From contig JBJXGI010000053.1 of assembly GCA_046153645.1 (NCBI GenBank), positions 15,512 through 79,511 on the forward strand: a stretch of 64,000 nt of DNA, in the 5' to 3' direction. The position numbers were made by a program, and so were the translations under genes. Positions 11,801 to 19,030 of this stretch are shown here, one piece after another. Source of the DNA: Elusimicrobiota bacterium. GTDB lineage: Bacteria > Elusimicrobiota > Elusimicrobia > F11. The notes under the pieces are model-generated. The model did no database searches and was not told the origin of the DNA. It was given only the letters and a program-made list of their open reading frames with translations. How positions within the stretch are numbered: the stretch's first letter is position 1; the number at the start of each line of letters is the position of its first letter.

Positions 11801-12178
11801 TTTCTTTTCGTCATTCCATTGTTTGATAAGAGTTACAATTTTTTTTTGGGTTTCAGTATGCAAATGGATATCCTGAATCAAGACAATTGTATGGGGCTTT
11901 TCTTTTAAACTTAAAGCGGGAAAAAATTGCACAGAAAAATCCTCTCGAGGGACTGTTAAATCAGCTGAATGTGACTGAGAAAAAAATGATCCAAGCACAA
12001 CATCACTACCACCTTTTCTCAACCCTAATTTATGATCATTATTCTTAAAAGAATTTAGCGCTGGTTGGCTGGCAAATAGTACCTGAGTACAAAAATAAAT
12101 ACTCAATACCGAAAAAATCAATGTTTTTCGATATATTATTGGCTTAAACAAATAAGAAAGAAAGGAAGAAATAAACAC
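5819..12178 (-). CDS. giant (2119 aa) mosaic membrane protein, paralog A
   Basis: Uninterrupted 6360-nt ORF in AT-rich DNA. The track uses a GTG start and the exact start is uncertain. There is an N-terminal hydrophobic anchor/signal and hydrophobic blocks at about aa 620-745, 1140-1260 and 2028-2078. Domain sub-features are listed separately below. Confidence 0.85.
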   Translation of the reverse strand: MFISSFLSYLFKPIIYRKTLIFSVLSIYFCTQVLFASQPALNSFKNNDHKLGLRKGGSDVVLGSFFSQSHSADLTVPREDFSVQFFPALSLKEKPHTIVLIQDIHLHTETQKKIVTLIKQWNDEKKIGGVYVEGAQGYFQFGSFRKFSLELRRKVAEAFLKTKKIAGISFIGLTEESFVSVFGVDEENLYQENLKHYLSAVSSGEALLQEFLDDVHSLHREKTIVFNSALLSFDQLVYQYRKNKITLLNFLSSRFVFSSIANFKNLARFQQASLVELGLDFKQIEKEKVLFLTELGNVSNQKEKEFLLHFSFFLQQKKISLQHYLKKLFDLAHQKRIDVRQYSVLLEYEKYLGIIEEIDGSQLFEEVDNAIQLSYRQLIQNEIEKKVVEQSEDFYLLEKLLFFSMTPFESKKLKGKIPKSSPYSPHALFYETADLRSIKMAQNILENLSNGNEKRKPVVFIGGGFHVPEMKEILQDRCHTIILTPKVRSIEVGTTPEYFSLFHQEKTPLEKLISAQYLSLIPQKLLIGANSKPAMLSSMMYYLYLSLLSRLGSGEKIAGKIGSAELEMTIGDSSLNSPPSETLMLDGKRVSVRVQPSSPGLMGIWVLGRKMKLDRTLQIESMLIPLLIGPFFVLAEKYQLIAQGLNSFSAEWFSVIFVQSAYVATIAIIFVFLFHLATGVMQANKQPMWGILISALATLRVSVSFIFIPLFPLIIKLFILNVISFPLAVGLFILTTFILGFPHSFLSRLQLHENKINSFLTSNARSAIIRNLQPVVSFFSDRSLLIHSSAVEKIKFRQEDLPVPLGLLQRPLDKKNIRDVDTMIILGSHFLRVPEYAARILFEIESQNQIKRIIFTGKGGHRTPKEWGQTEASFFKSIFIKQCRLLLRQREESRCQRKYQNMHSLKARFLTLIEMFWWDLMGSKKELERIRSMIELEVESTNTGQNIEFTSKVILKDSLDRIPEDKAWKELLVRLLELKENKNKNETEKKEMLEIEKRLGSDEPGGLRSELMPFLPKNFLLLTVPSFQQRATDTFPQQYWLPYEKVYSLAPYDIDLDQMSKDDELADEDLLVMVDDMVKQLEKMEAYSRASPDGPFTFPSEKVIGNELLEAKKKLLTLYDLYREKIPNEKEDNKFLSFQKLAIVFSLFSIVGFAVLSLRSFVSLSEGGYVAFGISYFSLLSIVLLLPLLLKKFILNSNSKFSGRFDAFTLSVGYVLSFSLFSRAFVSHLDDLSPALLFILFLIFLLGTFSMTWSWSLLSNNHDPVVLDAPLTSSVSPVPTFDLHKLKQLQSSSYRPSPKKIVAIGRSFITTLFVAVKLVRQFLGSKNGVKYEVFFWNYLKKQIQMFQGVPPVSQENIEKAAAAAGIEKGSPDFLYLLGLYRQYVEMPVGPLHNLRNVSQYLVSFFRFEYQKNMGYRVNMNPDKMKRKMILDRDNPNGNFLMYSMLTDAEQANLGFIPYDDISRDPDLDVLQNATATFTRLEGGIGESMPRDAEVLRSKGVDLMFEKGYVNRDGDLQKKKITLAMGGLSQFMKKFKKGVRKIARVVYEPYVSKETETYYTDELLEVANEDQRHRNEDGQPIDSNRKVLRNDGIDYGYTYQKKLPKVVRDDLSLSTSQPVDHKTHQTGGHGHPAFHFLFHAMKMYRETMSHGGSVTPHVRVIANGDNLNSHMDENNMADMIKNKIPLSLVAVTAQEADIKGGKFGAVYDEHSKQWLLDLMEFQQAVDAGQKTEFLMAGQPGDPRKVRNQKFNTNMLYINEYVIGEILHRLSLSLGYGDKELGDIRLAEILTPVLIRRDFNKDGFANLDGGLASVVLGLNRYIQTNKTAKNILLTVTGHSYLVKVVDLDEKDVSQRFKNFSPIKLAVDYAVLTGTDRFVYDSAEDMFHDMYPNDPIPAFILNPTDPSNTYYKPIPTARAAFGEQLLIRGLRKLTVHGKVKFPDMSFSGVVEIDARSVNREIDLSQLIASQPDLFKYRKRVRLILNGGTFLESEKEAWHFENVKITIDQNLKVTLGEIIPSQGSLPEKGQFLFSHAIFLLPFLALSIDSVDGYVSPWVFDGFPVGALLGILSLCCIVWVLRAMKPHFLKDKYGVKAVSKKNRPYGEKYLDNRTRRFKQHLKMA
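6209..7771 (-). other. paralog A, UDP-glucose pyrophosphorylase (UDPGP family)-like domain
   Basis: The motif series is co-linear with eukaryote-type UGPase. RLEGGIGESM corresponds to LNGGLGTSMG. GGHGHPAF corresponds to PGHGD. VIANGDNLNS corresponds to VSNIDNLGA. DIKGGKFGAVY corresponds to DVKGGTLI. LLDLMEFQQ corresponds to LLEIAQVP. KFNTNMLYIN corresponds to FNTNNLW. Confidence 0.7.
9059..9736 (-). other. paralog A, DUF218 (YdcF/ElyC/SanA)-like domain with a charged insertion
   Basis: DVDTMIILGSHFLRVPEYAARILFE...KRIIFTGKGGH...GQTEASFFKSIF, followed after an insertion by LLLTVPSFQQRATDTF. This matches the DUF218 pattern (D-x-IVVLG ... sGG ... sEA ... lVTs-x-H-x-x-Ra). Confidence 0.5.
10619..11896 (-). 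other. paralog A, shared N-terminal module (about aa 95-520), TraB/GumN/Tiki-like pattern
   Basis: HTIVLIQDIHLHTETQKKI...IGGVYVEGAQG ... KPVVFIGGGFHVPEMKEILQDRCHTIILTPKV ... FHQEKTPLEKLI. These align by eye with paralog B (IVIHIQDVHRNAEAQKNI...VDLIALEGA ... VLVTGGFHSAGIDQRLSEAGYTVISFTPKI ... FAQEKTPLDQLF). The H...E...GGxH spacing resembles TraB/GumN/Tiki. Confidence 0.45.
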
Positions 12179-12476
12179 AACTCAATATAACTTTGCCGGA
12201 TTGAAATACCATTAAGATTTTGTAAATTTTCTGTAACATTTTAAAGAACCAGTCGCTTGTTCTGTACGAAAAAATGAGACAGCTGAAGGGATAAAGCAGG
12301 ACATTAACTAAATTCAGAAAGAAATAACCCACCAGAGAAAATGGGTCTATTTTTCAAGGAGAATCCTTAAAAGCAGGGTCTATTCTGAACCTAAAAAAAA
12401 CAGCAAGGTTACCCAATTATTACAACATTCTGATGTTAAACAATTGGATGTATGGGTAAATTATTTATAACAAGTT

Positions 12477-13898
12477 TCACTTTTCTACACGAATAATACT
12501 ACCGAATTGGGGGGTCAATGGGCCTTCTTTGGTTTTCATTTTGATCCAGTAATCACCGGGGGTAACCTTAGCTCCCGCTGAAATGGTGGTTTTGGCTTGC
12601 GTGGGTGAAATATATTCGAATTTGCCAATAATAATCTGAGAATCATCAACCTCACATTGAATAGATTCGATAAACTCTTTTGATAAATCCTTGCCGTAAA
12701 GGGTTAATAGGGCCTGCCCCTCCGGCTTTAAACTGGGAGAAATGTCCAGATTCCGAACCCAATTGGGGTTTACAACAACAAAAGCGTCTCCTAAGCTACT
12801 CAATGTTTCACTCGCTAAAACAACGGACAAAGAATAAGACCGGGCTGGAGCGTCTTTAGGAATAGAAAATTTAAAATCGATTCTGCCAGGTGATCGATAT
12901 GTAAAAGACGAAGATTGCATTGTTATTCCATCCATCAGAACTTTCAATTGATTCATTGAATCTGGCTGAAAACCACTTCCCTGGAGCATGAAAAGACCAT
13001 ATTCTCCTGGCCGATAAAATCTTTCGAGAGATTGAATTCTTTGAACCAACCCTGATTGCCCCAAGTTGGGCTTGACCACTCGAATAATGCCAGGGCGATC
13101 CCATAAAGTTTTTGCGCCCATTTTAACTTTAATCCCATAATCCCCACCGGGAGCCCCTCCAATATCAATATCCCCATCAACCACAAAAGGGTAAATCGGG
13201 ACTAAACTATTAACACGAATGGAAGGAGTGGAAGGTTCAACGGTAAAATCGTTGAACATTTTTTCATCTAGATTGGTAAAAATGCGAAAGCGCCCAGAAC
13301 GACCCGCCTCACTCATCTCAGTAAAAATGAGGTTTAAAACTTCTCCAGGTCGAATCACCGCATAAGGATCGGGAGCCTGAAAAACAACTTTGTCATTAAT
13401 TAAAACCTGAGGAAAATTGACCGTCGTGGCCGCATGGGGGCTAACATGGAGAACTCCACTAATTTGATTGGGCGTCTTCAAAGCCAAACTTTTAACCTGT
13501 ATCTCATTATTGCCCGACTTTACTTGAATCATCTTTTCAAACTCTTTTGTAAAACCAGAACCGTTGATATCAAATGGAATTTGGCTATCAGGGCCACTCA
13601 ATGACTGCGCGTAATAAATTCTGATAATTTCAATATCTTTCGGAATAAGTTCTTTGTGAATTTTTACTGGCGGGGGAGTCTGAACCTGAGATGAAGCCAC
13701 CGGGTCTTTTGTTTTTATTTTTTTCACAATTTCTGATGATTTTTGCTGATTAAATTCAGGAAGAGTCTCAACAGGAAGAGGGATTGTTTTACTGACTTCT
13801 TCTTTAAGAATTTCAGGTTTTCCACATGATCGCAATAGTAACCAGATAACAATCCCAACAACAATGACTCCTGCAACAGTGAAAACTTTTTTATCCAA
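12477..13898 (-). CDS. membrane-anchored protein with repeated beta-rich (Ig-like?) segments; function unknown
   Basis: 473-aa ORF with a single N-terminal hydrophobic helix (VFTVAGVIVVGIVIWLLL). It then has a Pro-rich linker and about four segments of roughly 95 aa each containing G-S-GF motifs. Confidence 0.55.
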   Translation of the reverse strand: MDKKVFTVAGVIVVGIVIWLLLRSCGKPEILKEEVSKTIPLPVETLPEFNQQKSSEIVKKIKTKDPVASSQVQTPPPVKIHKELIPKDIEIIRIYYAQSLSGPDSQIPFDINGSGFTKEFEKMIQVKSGNNEIQVKSLALKTPNQISGVLHVSPHAATTVNFPQVLINDKVVFQAPDPYAVIRPGEVLNLIFTEMSEAGRSGRFRIFTNLDEKMFNDFTVEPSTPSIRVNSLVPIYPFVVDGDIDIGGAPGGDYGIKVKMGAKTLWDRPGIIRVVKPNLGQSGLVQRIQSLERFYRPGEYGLFMLQGSGFQPDSMNQLKVLMDGITMQSSSFTYRSPGRIDFKFSIPKDAPARSYSLSVVLASETLSSLGDAFVVVNPNWVRNLDISPSLKPEGQALLTLYGKDLSKEFIESIQCEVDDSQIIIGKFEYISPTQAKTTISAGAKVTPGDYWIKMKTKEGPLTPQFGSIIRVEK

Positions 13899-13899
13899 A

Positions 13900-14313
13900 C
13901 TATTCTCCTATTATTTTAATAATGACTCTTTTTTTTCGCTGCCCATCAAATTCAACATAAAAAACTTGCTCCCAAGGACCCAAGTCTAATTCACCTTTTG
14001 TAATAGGTATCATCGCTTGATGATGAATAATTGTTCGTTTCAAGTGCGCATCCCCATTATCTTCTCCCGTTTGGTGGTGCCTATAGTCTAAACCATAAGG
14101 AGCCAGCTTCTCAACCCAATCAAACAAATCTTTTTTCAGCCCCTCTTCTTCATCATTCACCCAAATTCCAGCAGTAATATGCATCGCTGAAACAAGACAA
14201 AAACCTTCTTTAACCTTTGATTTAGCAACACAAGTTGAAATGTCCGGAGTCATATTTAAGATTCCATATCTCGCTGGAGTGTTAAACCATAAATATTCAG
14301 TAAAAGACTTCAT
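13900..14313 (-). CDS. yjbQ: YjbQ/UPF0047 family protein (secondary thiamine-phosphate synthase-type)
   Basis: 137 aa with typical family length and motifs (HITAGIWVNDEEEGL, HHQTGEDNGDAHLK, LDLGPWEQVFYVEFDG). It overlaps the upstream gene by 4 nt. Confidence 0.85.
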   Translation of the reverse strand: MKSFTEYLWFNTPARYGILNMTPDISTCVAKSKVKEGFCLVSAMHITAGIWVNDEEEGLKKDLFDWVEKLAPYGLDYRHHQTGEDNGDAHLKRTIIHHQAMIPITKGELDLGPWEQVFYVEFDGQRKKRVIIKIIGE

Positions 14314-15374
14314 AAAATTTCTTTATTTAACAATTCGATCTTTAGCTGTGCCTCTTGATGAGGAGCTACCACCTCAACTCGAGCTCGATAAAATTTCCCT
14401 AACACTTCTTGAACTCCATTCAGTTTAACAAAGCTTGATATTTCATTGGTTAACATCATTTTTTCTTTATCAAGTTCATCCAATCGATCTAGTAATTTGC
14501 CTAACCGATCAACAGACTCTTTAATACCCGCATCGCTTACGGCGCCAACTGGCTTTTTCTTACCAGAAAAAGCCGGGCAAATTTGAACATAATCACACCA
14601 CTGACAATGCCCCAAAGAATCAGGTTTCGGATCAAACTTAGCTTCTGTTATTCCCTTGGCAACCTCAACAACCGTTGTTTTAATTTGTGCCTCTTGCGCC
14701 TTAGAATGGGCGGGAACAATCAATGGCGTCAATGAATTAAGATGGTACAACCCCACCGATTCAACCTCGCGCCCTAAAACTTGAGTCACCGCCATCTGAT
14801 ATAGCGTTAATTGCGGATCAATTCTAACACGCGACTTATCAAAAGCTTTTCCTGTTTTGTAATCTAAAATAGATAATTTTTTATTGGGCAATTCATCGAT
14901 CCGATCAATAAAACCGGTGACAGGGACACCTTCAATATCAACCGTAAAATTAAGTTCCACTTGTAAAACTTTCTTGAGATCATCTTTGTGTTTGATATAA
15001 AAACCACGAAGGATACGTTCTCCCTCCTGGAAAAACCACCGTTCTTGCGAAGCGGTTTCATATCCTTCTCGAATCCAGGTATTTTTATAATATTCTAAAA
15101 CCGCTTCAATGGGAGGAATCAATGCGGACGTCTTTTCAAATAAAAACTCGAGCCCCCCATGAACGCTTTTGCCAAAAGAAAAAAATGACTTAGGTTTTTC
15201 TGGTGTTTTATCAATATAGCGAAATTTCCATCGCTGAGGACACGTCTTATACATACTCATGGAGGAATGAGACAAAGCGCGCCCTTTATACCAACTTTCT
15301 ATTTTAGGAGCTACCGGAGCCGGAGATACTTTTTTCTCTTCAGCACCGAACCCGTCAAAACTTAACTGACTCAC
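14310..15374 (-). CDS. PD-(D/E)XK nuclease with four-Cys (AddB/Cas4-type) cluster
   Basis: 354 aa. It has an N-terminal Cys (YKTCPQRWKFRYI), a nuclease core (GFIDRIDELPNKKLSILDYKTGK, QLTLYQMA) and a C-terminal CQWCDYVQIC. Confidence 0.75.
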   Translation of the reverse strand: MSQLSFDGFGAEEKKVSPAPVAPKIESWYKGRALSHSSMSMYKTCPQRWKFRYIDKTPEKPKSFFSFGKSVHGGLEFLFEKTSALIPPIEAVLEYYKNTWIREGYETASQERWFFQEGERILRGFYIKHKDDLKKVLQVELNFTVDIEGVPVTGFIDRIDELPNKKLSILDYKTGKAFDKSRVRIDPQLTLYQMAVTQVLGREVESVGLYHLNSLTPLIVPAHSKAQEAQIKTTVVEVAKGITEAKFDPKPDSLGHCQWCDYVQICPAFSGKKKPVGAVSDAGIKESVDRLGKLLDRLDELDKEKMMLTNEISSFVKLNGVQEVLGKFYRARVEVVAPHQEAQLKIELLNKEIL

Positions 15375-16246
15375 TTGGTTTCCTCAAACTGAAATGATGG
15401 AAGTGGTGCTGGTTGAAACATAATGAGTTCCATGACAGATTTTTCACTCCCACCTGAACTGGCCACAGCTGTTAATACGCGTCCCACGCCTGGGGCATAA
15501 GATTCCAAAGTAAAACCTGATATTCCTTCGATACTAGATTTAACCTGAATACATTTTTCAAAAATTCCCGCCGCCACCGAGACTTTTTGATTTGTATTCA
15601 TTATTTCATAAGAAAATAAACGCTTTCCTTGTTTGGTTTTCCATTTTGTTCCCACCTCAAGCGGCCACATGAGGATTGTTTTTCCCGCAACATCCTCATC
15701 CGATTGAAATTCCAGCAGTTCTGAATCGGTTTTTTGGTATTTAAACGATAATGTTTTAAATTTAGAAGTTCCCCCATAATAAGTTTTATCTATCATGGCC
15801 AGAGTGAGAAAAGAATCAGGAGTCGTGGAAATAGGTTTTATCACCAAATCAACCCGGGCATTTTTCCCCGCCGTTTCAGAATCACCCTCGGACCAGGACG
15901 CGCCAGGCACCAATGGAAAGTAATCGGGACAATTATTTCTCTGAAGATGAGCCAAACGAGCCCAAGGAACGGAGTCAGGATATTTTTGTAAAACCGCCTC
16001 ATAAAAAGGTTTTGCAACGTCACAATCCACGAGCTCTTTTTGACCAATCCAACCGGCATGAAACAGGGCTTCTGGTGCTTTTTTATGATTGGGATATTTT
16101 CCTGAAAATTCCTGGTACGCTTGCCAGGCTTTATAATATTTCCCTTTTGTCTCAAGTTTTTGAGCCCGCTTAAAATCATAAGAAGGCCCACATCCAAAAG
16201 AAAAAACCATCAAGAAAAGAAGTGATTTATTGTTTATTTTTTCCAT
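15371..16246 (-). CDS. putative lipoprotein with N-terminal TPR/YbgF-like helix pair
   Basis: 291 aa. It has a signal peptide with a lipobox-like MVFSFGCG, then YYKAWQAYQEFSGKYPNHKKAPEALF. Confidence 0.5.
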   Translation of the reverse strand: MEKINNKSLLFLMVFSFGCGPSYDFKRAQKLETKGKYYKAWQAYQEFSGKYPNHKKAPEALFHAGWIGQKELVDCDVAKPFYEAVLQKYPDSVPWARLAHLQRNNCPDYFPLVPGASWSEGDSETAGKNARVDLVIKPISTTPDSFLTLAMIDKTYYGGTSKFKTLSFKYQKTDSELLEFQSDEDVAGKTILMWPLEVGTKWKTKQGKRLFSYEIMNTNQKVSVAAGIFEKCIQVKSSIEGISGFTLESYAPGVGRVLTAVASSGGSEKSVMELIMFQPAPLPSFQFEETK

Positions 16247-16614
16247 CGTCTTTGATTATGATAAATCCAAATAAAGATAAGCATAAGAATTATTCCCACG
16301 GAATCAAAAAGAACATCAGACAATGATGGCCCACGCCCGGGGACAAAAGCTTGATGCCATTCATCAGCAAAAGCATATAACAAAGAGGAGAGGAAACTAT
16401 AGAAATAAATCCTTTTAGATTGTATAGGAAACACAGTTATTTTTAAGGCTCGATAAATGAATCCTGTTAAAACAAAAAACTCAAAAACATGAGCCCCTTT
16501 TCTTAAGTAAAAATCCCAATTTCCTAATCCGCTATTAAGACTCGGGATGCTTGAAAACCAAAAAATAAGACCGGCCCAACAAAAAACGGGCAACCAAGCT
16601 AGAATCAATATCAC
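16234..16614 (-). CDS. VanZ-like family membrane protein
   Basis: VanZ signature FADEWHQAFVPGRGPSLSDVLFDSVG. The track ORF runs to 16659. I prefer GTG at 16614 because it overlaps the upstream stop as GTGA and has AGGAG 10 nt upstream. The start is uncertain. Confidence 0.65.
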   Translation of the reverse strand: MILILAWLPVFCWAGLIFWFSSIPSLNSGLGNWDFYLRKGAHVFEFFVLTGFIYRALKITVFPIQSKRIYFYSFLSSLLYAFADEWHQAFVPGRGPSLSDVLFDSVGIILMLIFIWIYHNQRRWKK

Positions 16615-18245
16615 GATTTTGGAACTCCTACAACTTCGAACAAATGAAATCTTTCCCAAGGACTATTCGAAAACGTAAAAGGAAGCGCGCCCCACACAGA
16701 GGCATAAAATCCAGCCGATCCTTTCATATCCATTACTTTAATTGGAAAACGCGTATCATAACTGAAGACTTTCAATCGTTTAAGCGTTAATCCCTTTTTA
16801 AAAAAAGAAATGAAAGGCATCGTTATTTCTTTTACCAAAACCTGATCCCCCACTTGAAATGATGTGTTTTCGAAACAAGGAGACCATCCTTCTTTTTTTA
16901 AATAACTAACAGTAAAAGAATCCCCCGTATAAAATGAGCGCGGGCCTGGAACGATCCCCTCAGTTTTTAAATCATGAATCAAACTCCTAGACGTATTGGC
17001 TTGCTTATAATCAGCATAGGCTAAACTGCCAGTCACCACAAAAGATATGATGACCAAAACAAGAAAACATCTTCTACGCGCGTATAAATCAAAATTGATT
17101 TCAATCATCCGAACCACTAAAAAAACCACTGCCGGAACAACCAACACATAATATCTTCCAGCGACCCATCCCATCACAACAAGCATCATAAGAATAAAAA
17201 GGACCAACCAAACAATTAAAAATAAATCCTTCGGAAAAATAAAATTCTTTCGTTCCATCCACAACCTTATCGAGAAAAGAAGACTGGACACCGCCCATAT
17301 TGAAAGCAGAAAAGATTGAACATAATTAAACCCACCCAAAGAGCTAGAGGAAAAAACCGCACACAAAAAAACAATCAAAGACCACATTAATATTTTTTTA
17401 CCAGAGAAAAACCGCCATACGACAAGCGGCACCAAAGTAACACCAGAAAGAAATACAAAAAAAACAAGAATTTTAACCCATCCATAGACTTGCACCATTC
17501 GTCCAGATGCCGCGAATATATGAGGAGCTCCGTATAATTTATAAGTCCAATAATTGTAAGCCGTTAAAATACCCAGACCCAATATCCATGAGACAAAAAG
17601 AATCGATGGTCTTCGAATATTTTTATATTTAAATAAAAACCAAACAAAAGTGAGCGGAAAGATAAGAGTCGCCGGATATTTAGAAAGTGTTGCCAACCCC
17701 ATAAAAAATCCGCTGACCAAAGAGAGCCACAAAGAATCTTTTTCAATACTGAGGATAAAAAAACTTAATGCTCCTAAAAAAAAGAAGCCGGCTGTTGAAT
17801 CAATTAACAAACTATAAGAAGAAAGCCAAAAGGCTGGAGTTAACAAACAAAGAACCGTAGCCCATACTGGAAACGAAGTGAGCCTACGCGCCAACATGAG
17901 AATAAACAACGCGGAAAAACAGTTCAAAAAAACACATCCCAATCGTAAAAACCATTCTTTTTCACCTCCCAATTTGAGCAGAAAAGCAAGGTAGTAATGA
18001 TGTGCCAAGGGATTGACCATTCGAACAAAACCATTTTCTTCCCACCCTCTTGTTTGTGGGCCAGCATCATCAGCTGTAAAGTGATAGGGAAGAGAGGGGT
18101 GATCTTTTAACCAGGTAGCAATTTCGACAAAATAACTATCATCGACAAAATATGCTCTATTTAAAAAAGGAGCCGCCAAAAAAAAAGGCAGTAGAAAAAT
18201 AAAAAAATATACAAATTGTTTTTTTCTAGGTTCTGAAATGGACAT
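16611..18245 (-). CDS. polytopic GT-C-type glycosyltransferase (ArnT/PMT-like)
   Basis: 544 aa with more than 10 hydrophobic segments, an acidic first-loop motif (RAYFVDDSYF) and a soluble C-terminal domain. The family call is from architecture only. Confidence 0.5.
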   Translation of the reverse strand: MSISEPRKKQFVYFFIFLLPFFLAAPFLNRAYFVDDSYFVEIATWLKDHPSLPYHFTADDAGPQTRGWEENGFVRMVNPLAHHYYLAFLLKLGGEKEWFLRLGCVFLNCFSALFILMLARRLTSFPVWATVLCLLTPAFWLSSYSLLIDSTAGFFFLGALSFFILSIEKDSLWLSLVSGFFMGLATLSKYPATLIFPLTFVWFLFKYKNIRRPSILFVSWILGLGILTAYNYWTYKLYGAPHIFAASGRMVQVYGWVKILVFFVFLSGVTLVPLVVWRFFSGKKILMWSLIVFLCAVFSSSSLGGFNYVQSFLLSIWAVSSLLFSIRLWMERKNFIFPKDLFLIVWLVLFILMMLVVMGWVAGRYYVLVVPAVVFLVVRMIEINFDLYARRRCFLVLVIISFVVTGSLAYADYKQANTSRSLIHDLKTEGIVPGPRSFYTGDSFTVSYLKKEGWSPCFENTSFQVGDQVLVKEITMPFISFFKKGLTLKRLKVFSYDTRFPIKVMDMKGSAGFYASVWGALPFTFSNSPWERFHLFEVVGVPKS

Positions 18246-19029
18246 GAAATTTATGACCCGCTTTTAATTGAAAAAAATTTGCCGCATGCCCATTCCTCAA
18301 GGCGATCTCAAGAAATCCACTTGAACCAACAACGATTAAAGGTTTGCCTTCTTCAACACTGGAATAAGTTTGAGAAACTCCACGAATGGTATTTTTATCA
18401 GCTATTTCAAACCATATTTTTGAGTTCTCAGAAAAATCTTTTAACTCAGAAGCTTTTAAATTTGTAACCAAATTACCGAAATGATCAACCAATAAAACTT
18501 CTGCAACCCATCGGGACCCTGCTTTTAAAACAGGCGGAAAAGGAATCGTCTCCCATTGTGATATAGAACGTCCCAACGTATTGATAGCCTCACCTTTTAA
18601 GAGTTTTGCCACAAAAGGAGCCATAATATCTCGTCCATGGAAAGTGGCGCTGATCGGATAAGAAGAAATCATATCTGGTATTAATTCCATGACAAATGTA
18701 GGGCGATCATTTTTAAACACCCAACTTAAAAGACCATTGTCTGGCCCTACAAAAACCCTGTTGGCCGCCTCCGCGCAAATTATTTTTCGATTGGATCCAA
18801 CCCCAGGGTCAACAACGGCTAAGAAAATAGATTTTTCAGGAAAAAAACCATACGTCTCCATTAATTGAAAAGCCCCAAAACGAACGTCCTGAGGAGGAAC
18901 ATCATGTGAGATATCAACAATCTGGACATCAGGATCAGCGGAGAGAAGAATTCCTTTCATCGTTCCAATAAAATGATCCGCTAATCCAAAATCACTTAAC
19001 AAACAAACAATTGGAGTGGAAGACCCCAC
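18226..19029 (-). CDS. S-adenosyl-L-methionine hydroxide adenosyltransferase (DUF62 / SAM hydrolase) family
   Basis: 267 aa with LLSDFGLADHFIGTMKGIL, VDISHDVPPQDV, AVVDPGVGSNR and ATFHGRDIMAP motifs. Confidence 0.85.
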   Translation of the reverse strand: MGSSTPIVCLLSDFGLADHFIGTMKGILLSADPDVQIVDISHDVPPQDVRFGAFQLMETYGFFPEKSIFLAVVDPGVGSNRKIICAEAANRVFVGPDNGLLSWVFKNDRPTFVMELIPDMISSYPISATFHGRDIMAPFVAKLLKGEAINTLGRSISQWETIPFPPVLKAGSRWVAEVLLVDHFGNLVTNLKASELKDFSENSKIWFEIADKNTIRGVSQTYSSVEEGKPLIVVGSSGFLEIALRNGHAANFFQLKAGHKFHVHFRT

Positions 19030-19030
19030 C

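Noticed and set aside
12144-12332. 62-aa ORF overlapping the start of giant gene A
   Set aside because: It is out of frame with, and overlaps, the giant ORF, and it has no recognisable features.
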